Of a DNA stretch of 64,000 nt, positions 38,170 to 47,375 are shown piece after piece (the first letter of the stretch is position 1; every line of letters begins with the position of its first letter). Origin of the DNA: a virus (Duplodnaviria; Caudoviricetes); the IMG/VR virus record IMGVR_UViG_3300021399_000125, positions 1 to 64,000 of that record, one strand, 5' to 3'. A model generated the notes under the pieces. The model did no database searches. It saw only the letters and a program-made list of their open reading frames with translations, and was not told the DNA's origin. A program made the position numbers and the translations under genes.

Positions 38170-38917
38170 CTTGAGCGGACCGCGCCTGGTTATACCGCAG
38201 AGTGGATGATGCGGGATAAAAATATCGACCATCCTTCATGGGTGCGGAAGCTGAAATGCTGTCGGCCACATGGAGTGAGACCAAAAGCCCATGGCTCTAA
38301 CGGACGATGCGTGAATGGGGATCTGTCAAAATATCGGAGCTCGTTTCTTCACAGCCCTCTCCGAGGCACAACAACCCTAAAAAGAGCCTGAAACGCTTGG
38401 CATAACGGGTGCCGCGAAGCGGTCGCCGGATGGGTAACCTGCTAAGAGTTAGAATTCAAACATTCGGACAGGAAGGCCGGCACGATTCAGGAGCTGCGGT
38501 AAATGGAGTGAGATGAACAGCCCGTTATAAATTGCCCTGTACCCTTGGAAAACTCGTATCAGGCTTTAAGCAGTGGATAAGCAGGGCTGCGCCGAAATAA
38601 AAGGGTAAGAGAATCAGGCGCACATCAGAAAACCGGAGCCGGCAGCAGTCGAGCGGCTGCCTCTCCCGTCCGGTAGGACCGGCCAACGAGAGATCGTCCA
38701 GCGGTGAAGGACGCCGGTTTTCTGAAATGCGGTGGCGGAATAGACATACCGAGTAGGGTTCTGCAGATCACACGAAAGGTATGGTAAAGCGCCGGTAATC
38801 TTCGGAGCCGTCGCAATTGTAGACGCTAAAAAGTAAGGTGGCTGGAGTCGTCGCTGAAATAGAGCTGGCACTTCGGAAACAGCGCCATGTTGGGTGCAAA
38901 TCCCAACCCGCATTCCA
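38170..38917 (+). ncRNA. candidate large structured ncRNA ending in a tRNA-like domain
   Basis: Gene-poor ~750 nt with nested helices and a terminal T-arm/acceptor/CCA; 5' boundary uncertain. Confidence 0.5.
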
Positions 38918-38987
38918 TCTATCATAGTTTACCCATGAGGTAATCATTGTGATCTTTTGTAAAACCAAAGCAAGGAGGTATCAACGC

Positions 38988-39344
38988 ATGCTTTTACAGC
39001 TCAAAGACGGCGGCATTGAGGATATCCGCACAGACGAGACGTGCCATCCAGGCTGTCCAACCTGTGACTACGGCAGTCAGTATATCAACGATATCAAGAT
39101 TGTTCTCACCCGCCATATCGTCCGCGCCACGGTGACGCAGATGTATGAATACCTGCTTACCTCCGGCGCGTTTATGAAGCTCTTGCTGCAAAACTACGAT
39201 CTGGTCCGCGGCATGACGGAGGACGAATTTATTGCGTGGTTCCGCGCCGGCCTGGAGTCTTGCTGCTCGGATCCTTGTAATCTCAGCCATACCCGGTTTG
39301 ACTACCGGGTTTCTGACAGAAAGGAGACTGAAAATGGAGGATAA
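38988..39344 (+). CDS. hypothetical protein
   Basis: AGGAGG RBS, GCPTCDYG motif. Confidence 0.6.
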   Translation: MLLQLKDGGIEDIRTDETCHPGCPTCDYGSQYINDIKIVLTRHIVRATVTQMYEYLLTSGAFMKLLLQNYDLVRGMTEDEFIAWFRAGLESCCSDPCNLSHTRFDYRVSDRKETENGG

Positions 39345-39591
39345 TGGCAGACTGATGGTTCACCTGAAGGATGACTTCGGCAACAGCGGGACCATCGAGG
39401 AGAAGATGATCCTTCCTTACAAGGGATCTCCCGTCAGGGAGCCCGCGTACATCCTGACGCTGAATGCAGACTATGAGGATGGCCTGGTATACCACGTTTC
39501 CGTGCATCCGAGCTTCGGCGACGCCATCGAAACGGTGAAGCCGTTTAGCTGCGGGACGTTTCGGGTCGTTTCCGGGGAGGCTGTGGCATGA
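39334..39591 (+). CDS. hypothetical protein
   Basis: MEDNG start after AAGGAG. Confidence 0.55.
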   Translation: MEDNGRLMVHLKDDFGNSGTIEEKMILPYKGSPVREPAYILTLNADYEDGLVYHVSVHPSFGDAIETVKPFSCGTFRVVSGEAVA

Positions 39592-39821
39592 TTACCCTGA
39601 CGCAGGCCTTTCGCCTTTGTAACATTCAAGACTGCGAGGTTGTGTATCTCCGCCGTGGCCGCCGACACAACAGCTATGAAGTTCCAATCACAGGCAGAAC
39701 TGTTCGGGAAAAATATGATATGAAGCACGAGCGTGTTGTCGAGATCGGCCCAAGGTTTTGCTTCGGCACGTATGAGGGCTTGATGTTTACTTTACAAGAC
39801 AGAGAGGAGAGTCGATCATGA
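39588..39821 (+). CDS. hypothetical protein
   Basis: ATGA overlap coupling. Confidence 0.55.
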   Translation: MITLTQAFRLCNIQDCEVVYLRRGRRHNSYEVPITGRTVREKYDMKHERVVEIGPRFCFGTYEGLMFTLQDREESRS

Positions 39822-40429
39822 GCACCCGCGGCGTATACGGGTTCCGGAAAAACGGGATCGACAAAATCACCTATAACTATTCCGACAGCTACCCGGCCTA
39901 TCTCGGGCGGCATGTTGCGGAATTCTGCAGCTCCACCCCGATTCCTGAGCTGAATTACATTTATGACTGCATCGAGCTGGTGACGTCCGGGTCCATCCCC
40001 ACCGACGAGCAGATTGAGTTCTGCAAATCAAACGGGCTTTTCGATCAAAACGTCGGCAACCGAACTGATAACGACTGGTATTGTCTTCTGCGCAAAATGC
40101 AGGGAGACTTCGCCAAGCTGAAACAGCTGGTACGCACCTACGGCAAGGCCTATATGCTGGACGATTCGGAGTTTATCAAAAACTCTCTGTGGTGCGAGTA
40201 TGCATACGTCGTAAACCTGGACGACAACACCCTGGAATTTTATGAGGGCGCCCAGCTGCACCCTCAAGAGGGCAACCGGTATGGCTGCTATGCCTATACC
40301 GACGTGTATTATCCCTGCCGGCTTGTCTGCGCAATCCCGTTTTCCGAAATTACAGATGCCGAACAGACGGCGCTGGAAATGTACCTCACCATCCATGAAA
40401 ACGAACTTGGCGAACAGGAGGGTTTATGA
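39818..40429 (+). CDS. phage hypothetical protein
   Basis: MSTRG..G....YN..DSYP..LG and EYAYVVNLD motifs. Confidence 0.7.
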   Translation: MSTRGVYGFRKNGIDKITYNYSDSYPAYLGRHVAEFCSSTPIPELNYIYDCIELVTSGSIPTDEQIEFCKSNGLFDQNVGNRTDNDWYCLLRKMQGDFAKLKQLVRTYGKAYMLDDSEFIKNSLWCEYAYVVNLDDNTLEFYEGAQLHPQEGNRYGCYAYTDVYYPCRLVCAIPFSEITDAEQTALEMYLTIHENELGEQEGL

Positions 40430-40899
40430 GCACGTTTTACAATAACGGGTCCGTCATTTTCTGTCGGCTCCTGACGTCCGAAGAGTCCGAGGTGATCCTC
40501 GCGCCATTCCGCCGGGGGTTTGGTCTGCAGGATCGAGGGGTCCGGTTGGGGCAGTGGCATGATACCAGCGGGACCCCGTGCTCGTGCATTGAGTTTTCCG
40601 ACTACTGCACCGGCTACTGGTTTTATGATGTGCTGTCCGACCTGGTATCCTACTGCAAAGAACACTCCATCGGCATTCACGACGATTCTTTTGTTCAGTT
40701 TTACGGGGATGACGACGGGGCTTACAGCTTCTCCAATCAAGAGCTGATTTACCTTGACCGGGATTCCCTCGGCGTCCACAACGCCTCTGTTCATGTCCTG
40801 GTGGATGAGCTCCGGCAAAGGGGCGTTCTCAAGGAGCTTCTTGCCCTGTTTTCTGCGGCGGAGCTCAAGGCAGAGCTGGCATCCAGAGATGCTGGATAA
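40426..40899 (+). CDS. hypothetical protein
   Basis: ATGA overlap, RBS. Confidence 0.6.
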   Translation: MSTFYNNGSVIFCRLLTSEESEVILAPFRRGFGLQDRGVRLGQWHDTSGTPCSCIEFSDYCTGYWFYDVLSDLVSYCKEHSIGIHDDSFVQFYGDDDGAYSFSNQELIYLDRDSLGVHNASVHVLVDELRQRGVLKELLALFSAAELKAELASRDAG

Positions 40900-41329
40900 A
40901 CCTCCCTGCGCCGAGATCCCGCGCCATCGCAAAAAGTCCGGCCGCAAGCCCGCCAAAAAGGCAAATCACAGGCACGTGTACACGCCTTGCGTGTTTTCGT
41001 ACGGTCTTCCGTCCTTTGACACCGCCCACGGCATTGTGGAAAACGGGAAACGCGCCCAAAGCATCGGCTCCTTTTGCCCGGTCTGTGGCAAAATCGGCAC
41101 CCTGGTCAATCCTCTTTACCGGCAATCCGTATCCGCCGGCGGGTTGTTTGTCTCCGGCGGCTGGTCTTCCGCCGCCCATAGAGAATTCGATCCCGCCACC
41201 CGCACACTCCCTGCGTTTTCCCTGCAGGACATGTTCCAAAAGTACGTCGATCCGAAAGACATGAACAATGCGCTCTTTGCGCAAGAGACACAACAAGACA
41301 AGGAGGTTTCACAGCATGAGAACGAATGA
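40889..41329 (+). CDS. hypothetical Zn-binding protein
   Basis: HRHVY..C and CPVCGK motifs. Confidence 0.55.
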   Translation: MLDKPPCAEIPRHRKKSGRKPAKKANHRHVYTPCVFSYGLPSFDTAHGIVENGKRAQSIGSFCPVCGKIGTLVNPLYRQSVSAGGLFVSGGWSSAAHREFDPATRTLPAFSLQDMFQKYVDPKDMNNALFAQETQQDKEVSQHENE

Positions 41330-41350
41330 AAAAATCGAGACGGTAAAATC

Positions 41351-41605
41351 ATGACCCTGTTTTTTCAAAGCGCAGACGGCACCCTGCGGAAGCTCTCTGA
41401 GCTTGATCTCTCCGGTCCCCGGGATGAAATCACCCGCTCCGTCTTCTCCTGTATTCTGGATTTTTGTAACAAGCACCGCTACAAAATCCCGTACACCAGG
41501 TGCTGGAATGACGAGCTGGACGGCCGGCCGGTTACCTTTATTGACGTCGGCAGCCATACAGAGTTTTTCATTCTGGATCCGGTCTGTCCCTATCTGATCA
41601 ACTGA
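41351..41605 (+). CDS. hypothetical protein
   Basis: 84 aa, DVGSHTEFF motif. Confidence 0.55.
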   Translation: MTLFFQSADGTLRKLSELDLSGPRDEITRSVFSCILDFCNKHRYKIPYTRCWNDELDGRPVTFIDVGSHTEFFILDPVCPYLIN

Positions 41606-42376
41606 AATGAGGTGATTTAATGCAGGAAATTGCTAAATATGTTTACATAATCACAATGTCCCTTATGCTGATCTTCCACTGGTTCGGCATTGTTCTCTCC
41701 GATTCCTTTCAGGACGCCAAGCACAGCATCTCCGGCGGTATTGTCTGTGTGCTTGCGCTCTGTATCGCAATAAAACTATGGTTTTAGGCCTTGATGTTTC
41801 GGCATACGCCTCGCTCCAGCGTATGCTTGGTGTTCTGGAAACTGCGGCGTGCTCCATTCCGGATGTAAGCGTCCGCGATCTGGCCTTTACCACCATCGAT
41901 TCGATTGACGATCTTCTTGATCGGTATACGCAGGACGCTCCCGTCACCTTCGGCGACAGCATCCGCAGCAAAACCGACGAAGAGCTGGCCGACTGGATTA
42001 TTTCCCACGATGCAAAGTGTCTCACGAACGGGTATTTGACCCGGGATGAGTATCTCTCTCTGATAAAACGGGAGGTGTCCAAATGACCAACGCAGACAAA
42101 ATCCGCGCCATGACGGACGAGGATGAAATGACACGGTTTTTCTTTTTCCTTTATCGAAAGGCTTGCGGATATTCCGACACAAGACTTGCGTTTACCGCAT
42201 TGCTGAAACAGGAGGTGTCTGAATGAGCGTCCTCTACGAAATCCGCATTATCGATCATGTTACGGCTGGTTTTGGCACGATCAGTGTCAAAATGCCGGAC
42301 AGGTCAGACCCGGTGTTTTTCAAACCGGAGAGGCCGGAGGAGGCTGTGTTGAAACTGAAACAGGAGGTGTCCGACA

Positions 42377-42682
42377 ATGGCTGATCTGGTTATCCGTGGC
42401 ATGGAACTGCCGAAGGAGCGAAGCCTGTGGCTCTGCATTAAGACAGACGGAACTGTGTACAACATTAAGCCGGGCGGAATTAGGACGGCGCAAGCAGTTG
42501 GAACTGTAATCCCCCTCCCCGAAGGGCATGGGAAGCTGGGCGATCTGGATAAGTTATACGCAATTGCAAATGAGAGGTCGATGGGAATATACGGCCCTGT
42601 GAATTATATGTGCGTTATTACCGGAGATGATATCTTAAAAGCTCCCACCATTATTCCAGCGGAAGGAGGACCGGACGAATGA
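42377..42682 (+). CDS. hypothetical protein
   Basis: AGGAGG RBS; HGKLGD...APTII motif of phage early genes. Confidence 0.6.
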   Translation: MADLVIRGMELPKERSLWLCIKTDGTVYNIKPGGIRTAQAVGTVIPLPEGHGKLGDLDKLYAIANERSMGIYGPVNYMCVITGDDILKAPTIIPAEGGPDE

Positions 42683-42882
42683 AATACACCGTGACTTTTA
42701 TTCAACATTGGAGCTACGAAGTAGAGGCTAAAACGACAGAAGAAGCCGAAACTGTTGCTTACGAAAAATTCAGAGCCGATATGCATTATCCTGTCGCTTA
42801 CACTTGCTATGATGAAGTGGAGTTTGATCCGGACATGGACGAAGACGAATACATGGAAACAGACATGGATGGAGAATCATGA
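42679..42882 (+). CDS. small acidic hypothetical protein
   Basis: Translationally coupled ORF. Confidence 0.55.
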   Translation: MKYTVTFIQHWSYEVEAKTTEEAETVAYEKFRADMHYPVAYTCYDEVEFDPDMDEDEYMETDMDGES

Positions 42883-43085
42883 TGGCTGAACTGAAGCCGT
42901 GTATAAAATGTGGCAAACGGAGGCTGTTTGAATCCAATGAAAAATGGGGGCTCCTGTATTGGTATGGGATCGGCTGTCTGAATCCTGAGTGCCGTCACGA
43001 GCTGATCGTCGGGTACGGTTTTTCCGTCCGCAGTGCACGAGACCGCGCCGTGAGAAACTGGAACAGGAGGTTTTCCCATGCCTGA
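42879..43085 (+). CDS. Lar-like restriction alleviation Zn-ribbon protein
   Basis: AELKPC..CG...C....C...A...WNRR pattern. Confidence 0.6.
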   Translation: MMAELKPCIKCGKRRLFESNEKWGLLYWYGIGCLNPECRHELIVGYGFSVRSARDRAVRNWNRRFSHA

Positions 43086-43287
43086 TTGTCCGTATTGTCT
43101 GGAAACTGGAAACTCATTCCGCGTAATTAAACTTGACCCGGATAATCAAGTTGAAGTTGAGATCGTTGCCTGCAAAGAGCCGTATCTGATGGTTCGTTAT
43201 TTTAACGATGGATGGCTTGCCAATTGGAGTATCGGGATGCAAATCAAATATTGCCCAATGTGTGGAAGGAGGCTTGACAATGGATGA
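43078..43287 (+). CDS. small Zn-ribbon protein
   Basis: CPYC...YCPMCGRRL. Confidence 0.6.
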   Translation: MPDCPYCLETGNSFRVIKLDPDNQVEVEIVACKEPYLMVRYFNDGWLANWSIGMQIKYCPMCGRRLDNG

Positions 43288-43558
43288 AACCTATGTAAAT
43301 CTGGCCGATATCCTGAAAAAGAAGCAGTTTTCCTACGATTTGAAGCAGTACGCAATCACAGAAAAAGATGTTCGGTCTGCGAGGAAGATTGAAATTGTTC
43401 CCGATGAAGATGTTGGAGACATGGAATCTGCAATCACAGCCCTCGCAAACCGATGCGCTGTTTTGAGCCGTGGCACCATGTGTGCATGGTGTGGTGATCC
43501 GGCGAAAAGCCTCTGCGAAAAGCACAGAACTGTATTCAGGAGGGCTAACAATGGCTGA
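43280..43558 (+). CDS. hypothetical protein
   Basis: MDETY start after AGGAGG. Confidence 0.5.
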   Translation: MDETYVNLADILKKKQFSYDLKQYAITEKDVRSARKIEIVPDEDVGDMESAITALANRCAVLSRGTMCAWCGDPAKSLCEKHRTVFRRANNG

Positions 43559-43877
43559 CAAGGACACAAATGTCCCCAACAAAACGGACTTCATCACCCG
43601 GGATGCGGCGATAGAACAAACATGCTTCAACTGTGCTGAAAGAGAAAGATGCAACGGCATTTGTGACGACACCGACAGAATCCGGGCTATTCCCGCCGCA
43701 GATGTGAGGCCGGTGGTGCGGGGTCGGTGGCATGACGTTTATACAAGCTACCGATCTATCGTGTCGCAGACTTGCTCCGTTTGCGGGAAAAGACACGACA
43801 CGACGGTGGAATGTGCAATGCCGGACTACTGCCCCAACTGCGAAGCTGATATGAGGGATGTAAAATCCGATGGCTAA
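43551..43877 (+). CDS. Zn-ribbon phage protein
   Basis: PAADVRPVVRGRW...CSVCG...YCPNC motif. Confidence 0.65.
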   Translation: MADKDTNVPNKTDFITRDAAIEQTCFNCAERERCNGICDDTDRIRAIPAADVRPVVRGRWHDVYTSYRSIVSQTCSVCGKRHDTTVECAMPDYCPNCEADMRDVKSDG

Positions 43878-43967
43878 AATACCAGAATACTTTCATTTCC
43901 GTATAGTTTTTAAACGAAAAGGAACGGAAGTTGAATTGCATGATGTATCACAGAAAGAGGGCTGACA

Positions 43968-44258
43968 ATGCATGAGTTTTTGATCCCCTGTCTCATCCTC
44001 TCCGTGTTCGCCCTTGCGGTCGTCTATGTGCTGCATACCGTGCAGCTCGCAAGGCTTCGCTCGGCGGTTTTGCGCCTCGGCGCCCTCCCGGATTCCTATG
44101 TCAGGGTCGTCCGCTGCCGTGACTGTAAGCACCGCGGCACAGACGACTGCCCCATGCACATCAAGGGCATGCCGCCTGACGAATGGTTTCTCAAGTCCGT
44201 AGACAATGACTATTGCAGCCACGGCGAAAGGAAGGATACCTATGCACAAACATTATAA
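43968..44258 (+). CDS. membrane-anchored Cys-rich protein
   Basis: TM plus VVRCRDCKH...DYCSHGE. Confidence 0.55.
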   Translation: MHEFLIPCLILSVFALAVVYVLHTVQLARLRSAVLRLGALPDSYVRVVRCRDCKHRGTDDCPMHIKGMPPDEWFLKSVDNDYCSHGERKDTYAQTL

Positions 44259-44267
44259 GGAGGGAAA

Positions 44268-44456
44268 ATGATGAACAACAACAACAACACGTCTCGCCCA
44301 GGGGTCGGCTTTGTCGGCCTTCTCACCGTCGCCTTTATCGTTCTCAAGCTTACCGGCTTCATCACCTGGAGCTGGTGGTGGGTGGTTTCTCCCATCTGGA
44401 TCTTCTGCGCACTGGTGTGTGTACTGGCTTTGATTTTCGGCCTTGCGTCTGAGTAA
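44268..44456 (+). CDS. small membrane protein
   Basis: LTVAFIVLKLTGFITWSWWWVVSPIW motif, frequent in phages. Confidence 0.7.
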   Translation: MMNNNNNTSRPGVGFVGLLTVAFIVLKLTGFITWSWWWVVSPIWIFCALVCVLALIFGLASE

Positions 44457-44680
44457 AGGAGGTTCTATGAAAAAAGAAACGGTTCCCGATTCCGAGCTTG
44501 CAGCGCTCCGCGCCCAAAACGAAGAGCTTCTGCGTCTTGCCCGTAAAATGCACACCTGGATTTTCCTGAACACCTGCGACGAGCAGAAGGCCTACGATGA
44601 AATCGGCCTCACTGGCGAGCAGAACGCAATGCTGGGGTATCTCGGTTCCTATGAACTGGCAGGGGAGGAGGTGCCCGCCG

Positions 44681-45166
44681 ATGCCTGAAGCCCAATGGCT
44701 GGAGCGTGACGCCGGGCGCGGCGACACTGTGGAGTGTACCGCCTGCGGCGCGGTGTTTGACGCTGTGGCGCTTATGGCCTGCACCGTGCATCCCACTTCC
44801 CAATATCCGGTCTACTGTCCCGCCTGCGGCCATCGCATGCGCATTGGCAAAAAGATTCTCCCGGACTTCTGTATTGAGCGCGACGGCATCACATACACCC
44901 TGACCGATGACGAACTCATTCAAGCCTATTTCACCCAGTCAGAGCGGTTTGACTATGAAGAGATCGAGTCCGAGCTTGACGAAATGGTCAAAGACAAAAC
45001 GCCGAAGCAGATCCTGGAGCAGTACGGCCGCTCCGAGACCATGCTCCGCGCCATGATCCCGCAGATTGCAGAGGCTTATCGCGACCGCCGCGACAGTGAC
45101 AGCGCCTATTTGGAGGCCATCTATCAGTGCCGCGTTGCCGCCGTGGAGGAGGTGCTTGGCGCATGA
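44681..45166 (+). CDS. Zn-ribbon hypothetical protein
   Basis: CTACG...YCPACG. Confidence 0.55.
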   Translation: MPEAQWLERDAGRGDTVECTACGAVFDAVALMACTVHPTSQYPVYCPACGHRMRIGKKILPDFCIERDGITYTLTDDELIQAYFTQSERFDYEEIESELDEMVKDKTPKQILEQYGRSETMLRAMIPQIAEAYRDRRDSDSAYLEAIYQCRVAAVEEVLGA

Positions 45167-45338
45167 TGCCGCATTACGCCCGTGTGGCCATTGGGATTCT
45201 GTGTGCCCTGTTTGCCTGCGTTTTCGCGGCCATGGATACGGTCCATAAGGAGCCCGATCCCCTCTATACGCCTTACGCGGTCATCGTTCTGGCCTTCTAC
45301 TGTCTGGCCGTCAATTTGTAAATAAGGAGTGTGGTTTT

Positions 45339-45689
45339 TTGGAATGGAACGTTCTGATCGGAGATTTTAACTCCGGTGAAATCGAGTCCTATAACGTCTT
45401 TCGCCACTCCGGGTTTGTGCGTGACGTTGCTCAAACCCTCCGTAAGTTCTCCGCGTCCACGCCCTGGGATGCTGAAGGTCTTGAAAATGAACTCAACAGG
45501 ATCCTCCGGTATTATTTTTGGAGCAAGTGCGAGTGGGAAATCGTGGTCTCCCACTGGCCGCCGTGCCCGAAGAACAAAAAGCTTCGCAGCGAAAAGGTGG
45601 ACGTCTATAGTCAGGTCATGCTGAACTGGGACGTGTTTTATCAGTATCTGCTTCAGCACAGAGACGCGCTTTTGGAGGCGGCAACATGA
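45339..45689 (+). CDS. phage hypothetical protein
   Basis: TTG start after AAGGAG; YYFWSKCEWEI...KVDVYSQV. Confidence 0.65.
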   Translation: MEWNVLIGDFNSGEIESYNVFRHSGFVRDVAQTLRKFSASTPWDAEGLENELNRILRYYFWSKCEWEIVVSHWPPCPKNKKLRSEKVDVYSQVMLNWDVFYQYLLQHRDALLEAAT

Positions 45690-45869
45690 GCGCCCCCGTG
45701 CCGTCCTCCAGTTCTGAGCCTGTGATTACAAAGGTCACCACGCTCTTTTCCTGGTATGACCGCGAGGAGATCATTGAAAACTGCACCGTCCAGATTCTGA
45801 CCAATTCCAAAACCGGGGAGGTCAGCATCGGCTGGTGGCGGAACGACACCCCGCCCGTGGAGGTGTCCG

Positions 45870-46142
45870 ATGAGTGACACCCAAGCCCTGTACTACTCGG
45901 TTTACCTGCGCAAGACGGACGAGCTGGTGGCCTTCGGCCCCGCCGCCAACTGCGCAAAAATGCTGGGTCTCAAAAACGTGGACGTCTTCTACCGTACCAT
46001 GAACGCCGTCCGAAAAGGGCGTAATAAGAAATACGAATTTTATAGCGAACCTTTGTACTCTGAGGAGTACGATCCGGCCGAGCTCACGGCCTTCGGTCTT
46101 TCGCCCGGTTCCGGGAAGGAGGGGAGAGAAACTGTTCACTAG
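45870..46142 (+). CDS. hypothetical DNA-binding protein
   Basis: G.A..CAKMLG HTH-like pattern. Confidence 0.5.
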   Translation: MSDTQALYYSVYLRKTDELVAFGPAANCAKMLGLKNVDVFYRTMNAVRKGRNKKYEFYSEPLYSEEYDPAELTAFGLSPGSGKEGRETVH

Positions 46143-46389
46143 CCAGGTTTTTGCGGTTTTTGTGCTGATCCTGTACGGTTTTTCGGTGCTGCTCTGCGCT
46201 GCCGCCTTCGTGCTGGATATGCACGCAGACTACAGGGCGCAAACTCTCATGCAGGCCGCCTTTATTCTGGGCTTCCTGCTCATGAACATTGCCGCCGCCC
46301 ACGCCCTGTCCGTCCTCATCATACAAGCCATCCATACATAACCACCCGGCCCACCAGGCCGGGTTTTTCCATCCCCGCAACAGACCCCC

Positions 46390-46610
46390 GTAGGGGCGGA
46401 TGTGGGCATCCGCCCGCATCGTAGGGACAAGCCTTGCTTGTCCGGCATTCGGAACGAATGCATTTGCCGCAGGCAAATCCCGCATGGCAACCGGGCGAAT
46501 TGCCCTCCGGGCAATGGTTTGCTGCGCAAACCCGGACGAGCAATGCTCGTCCATACGTCCATGTTCGCGATCTGCACAAACCCCGTAGGGGCGGATGCCC
46601 ACATCCGCCC
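46390..46610. repeat. REP/BIME-like cluster of GTAG-led palindromes
   Basis: GTAGGGGCGGATGTGGGCATCCGCCC (46390), GTAGGGACAAGCCTTGCTTGTCC (46421), inverted GGACGAGCAATGCTCGTCCATAC (46534), GTAGGGGCGGATGCCCACATCCGCCC (46585). Confidence 0.8.
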
Positions 46611-46664
46611 TGAAGGTCGCCACCCACCGTTTCACACATTACAAAGGAAAAGAAAGGAGAACTT

Positions 46665-47267
46665 ATGCAGGTTAAAATTTCCAAAGGCAATACCAAAATG
46701 GGCAGCATTCCAAGCGTCTCTCTTCCTTCGGTGGTCACCTGCCGGCAAGACTGTGAATGTTGCATCAAATGTTACGCAAGAAAGCTGGAGCGCATTCGCC
46801 CCACGGTGCGCAATGCGTATCGCAGTAACCTGGATCTGCTTCTGAAGGATCCGGATACATATTGGCGCGAGGTGGAAACCGCGGTTTCGCTATCCAGGTT
46901 CTTCCGCTTCCACGTCAGCGGCGACATCCCGTCGCCAGAATATCTCTCCCATATGGTTTCCGTGGCAAGCCGCAATCCCTCCTGTGAAATCCTGTGCTTC
47001 ACCAAGCGGTATGACTTTGTCAACCGGTATTTGGATACCGGCGCCAAGCTGCCTGCAAATCTTCATCTCATCTTCAGCGGCTGGCGCGGCCTGCCGATGG
47101 TCAACCCCTATCGTCTGCCGGAGGCCCATGTGGTTTACCGGGACGGCACCACCACTGCCTCCTCCAAGGCGCGGTTTTGCGGCGGCAACTGCACCCAATG
47201 TGCCGCAACGTCGGAGGGTTGCTGGACTCTGGGCAAGGGAGACCAGATCAAGTTCCGCGAGCACTGA
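46665..47267 (+). CDS. Gp88-like phage protein (Cys-rich)
   Basis: GNTKMG..SLP...C...C..CYA...FRFHVSGDI...CGGNCTQC. Confidence 0.65.
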   Translation: MQVKISKGNTKMGSIPSVSLPSVVTCRQDCECCIKCYARKLERIRPTVRNAYRSNLDLLLKDPDTYWREVETAVSLSRFFRFHVSGDIPSPEYLSHMVSVASRNPSCEILCFTKRYDFVNRYLDTGAKLPANLHLIFSGWRGLPMVNPYRLPEAHVVYRDGTTTASSKARFCGGNCTQCAATSEGCWTLGKGDQIKFREH

Positions 47268-47375
47268 TGTTGGAAAAAACGGCGCCCGGAAACCCGTTGT
47301 TTTCCAAGGGATTCCGGCACTTATGCACCTGGATTATATATGCAAGATAATCACTTGAAACCGGAGGAAACAACC

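Noticed and set aside
38727-38917. Functional tRNA-Leu or intron-containing tRNA
   Set aside because: No canonical anticodon arm, the insert lies in the D-loop and no group I core motifs were seen; kept only as a tRNA-like domain
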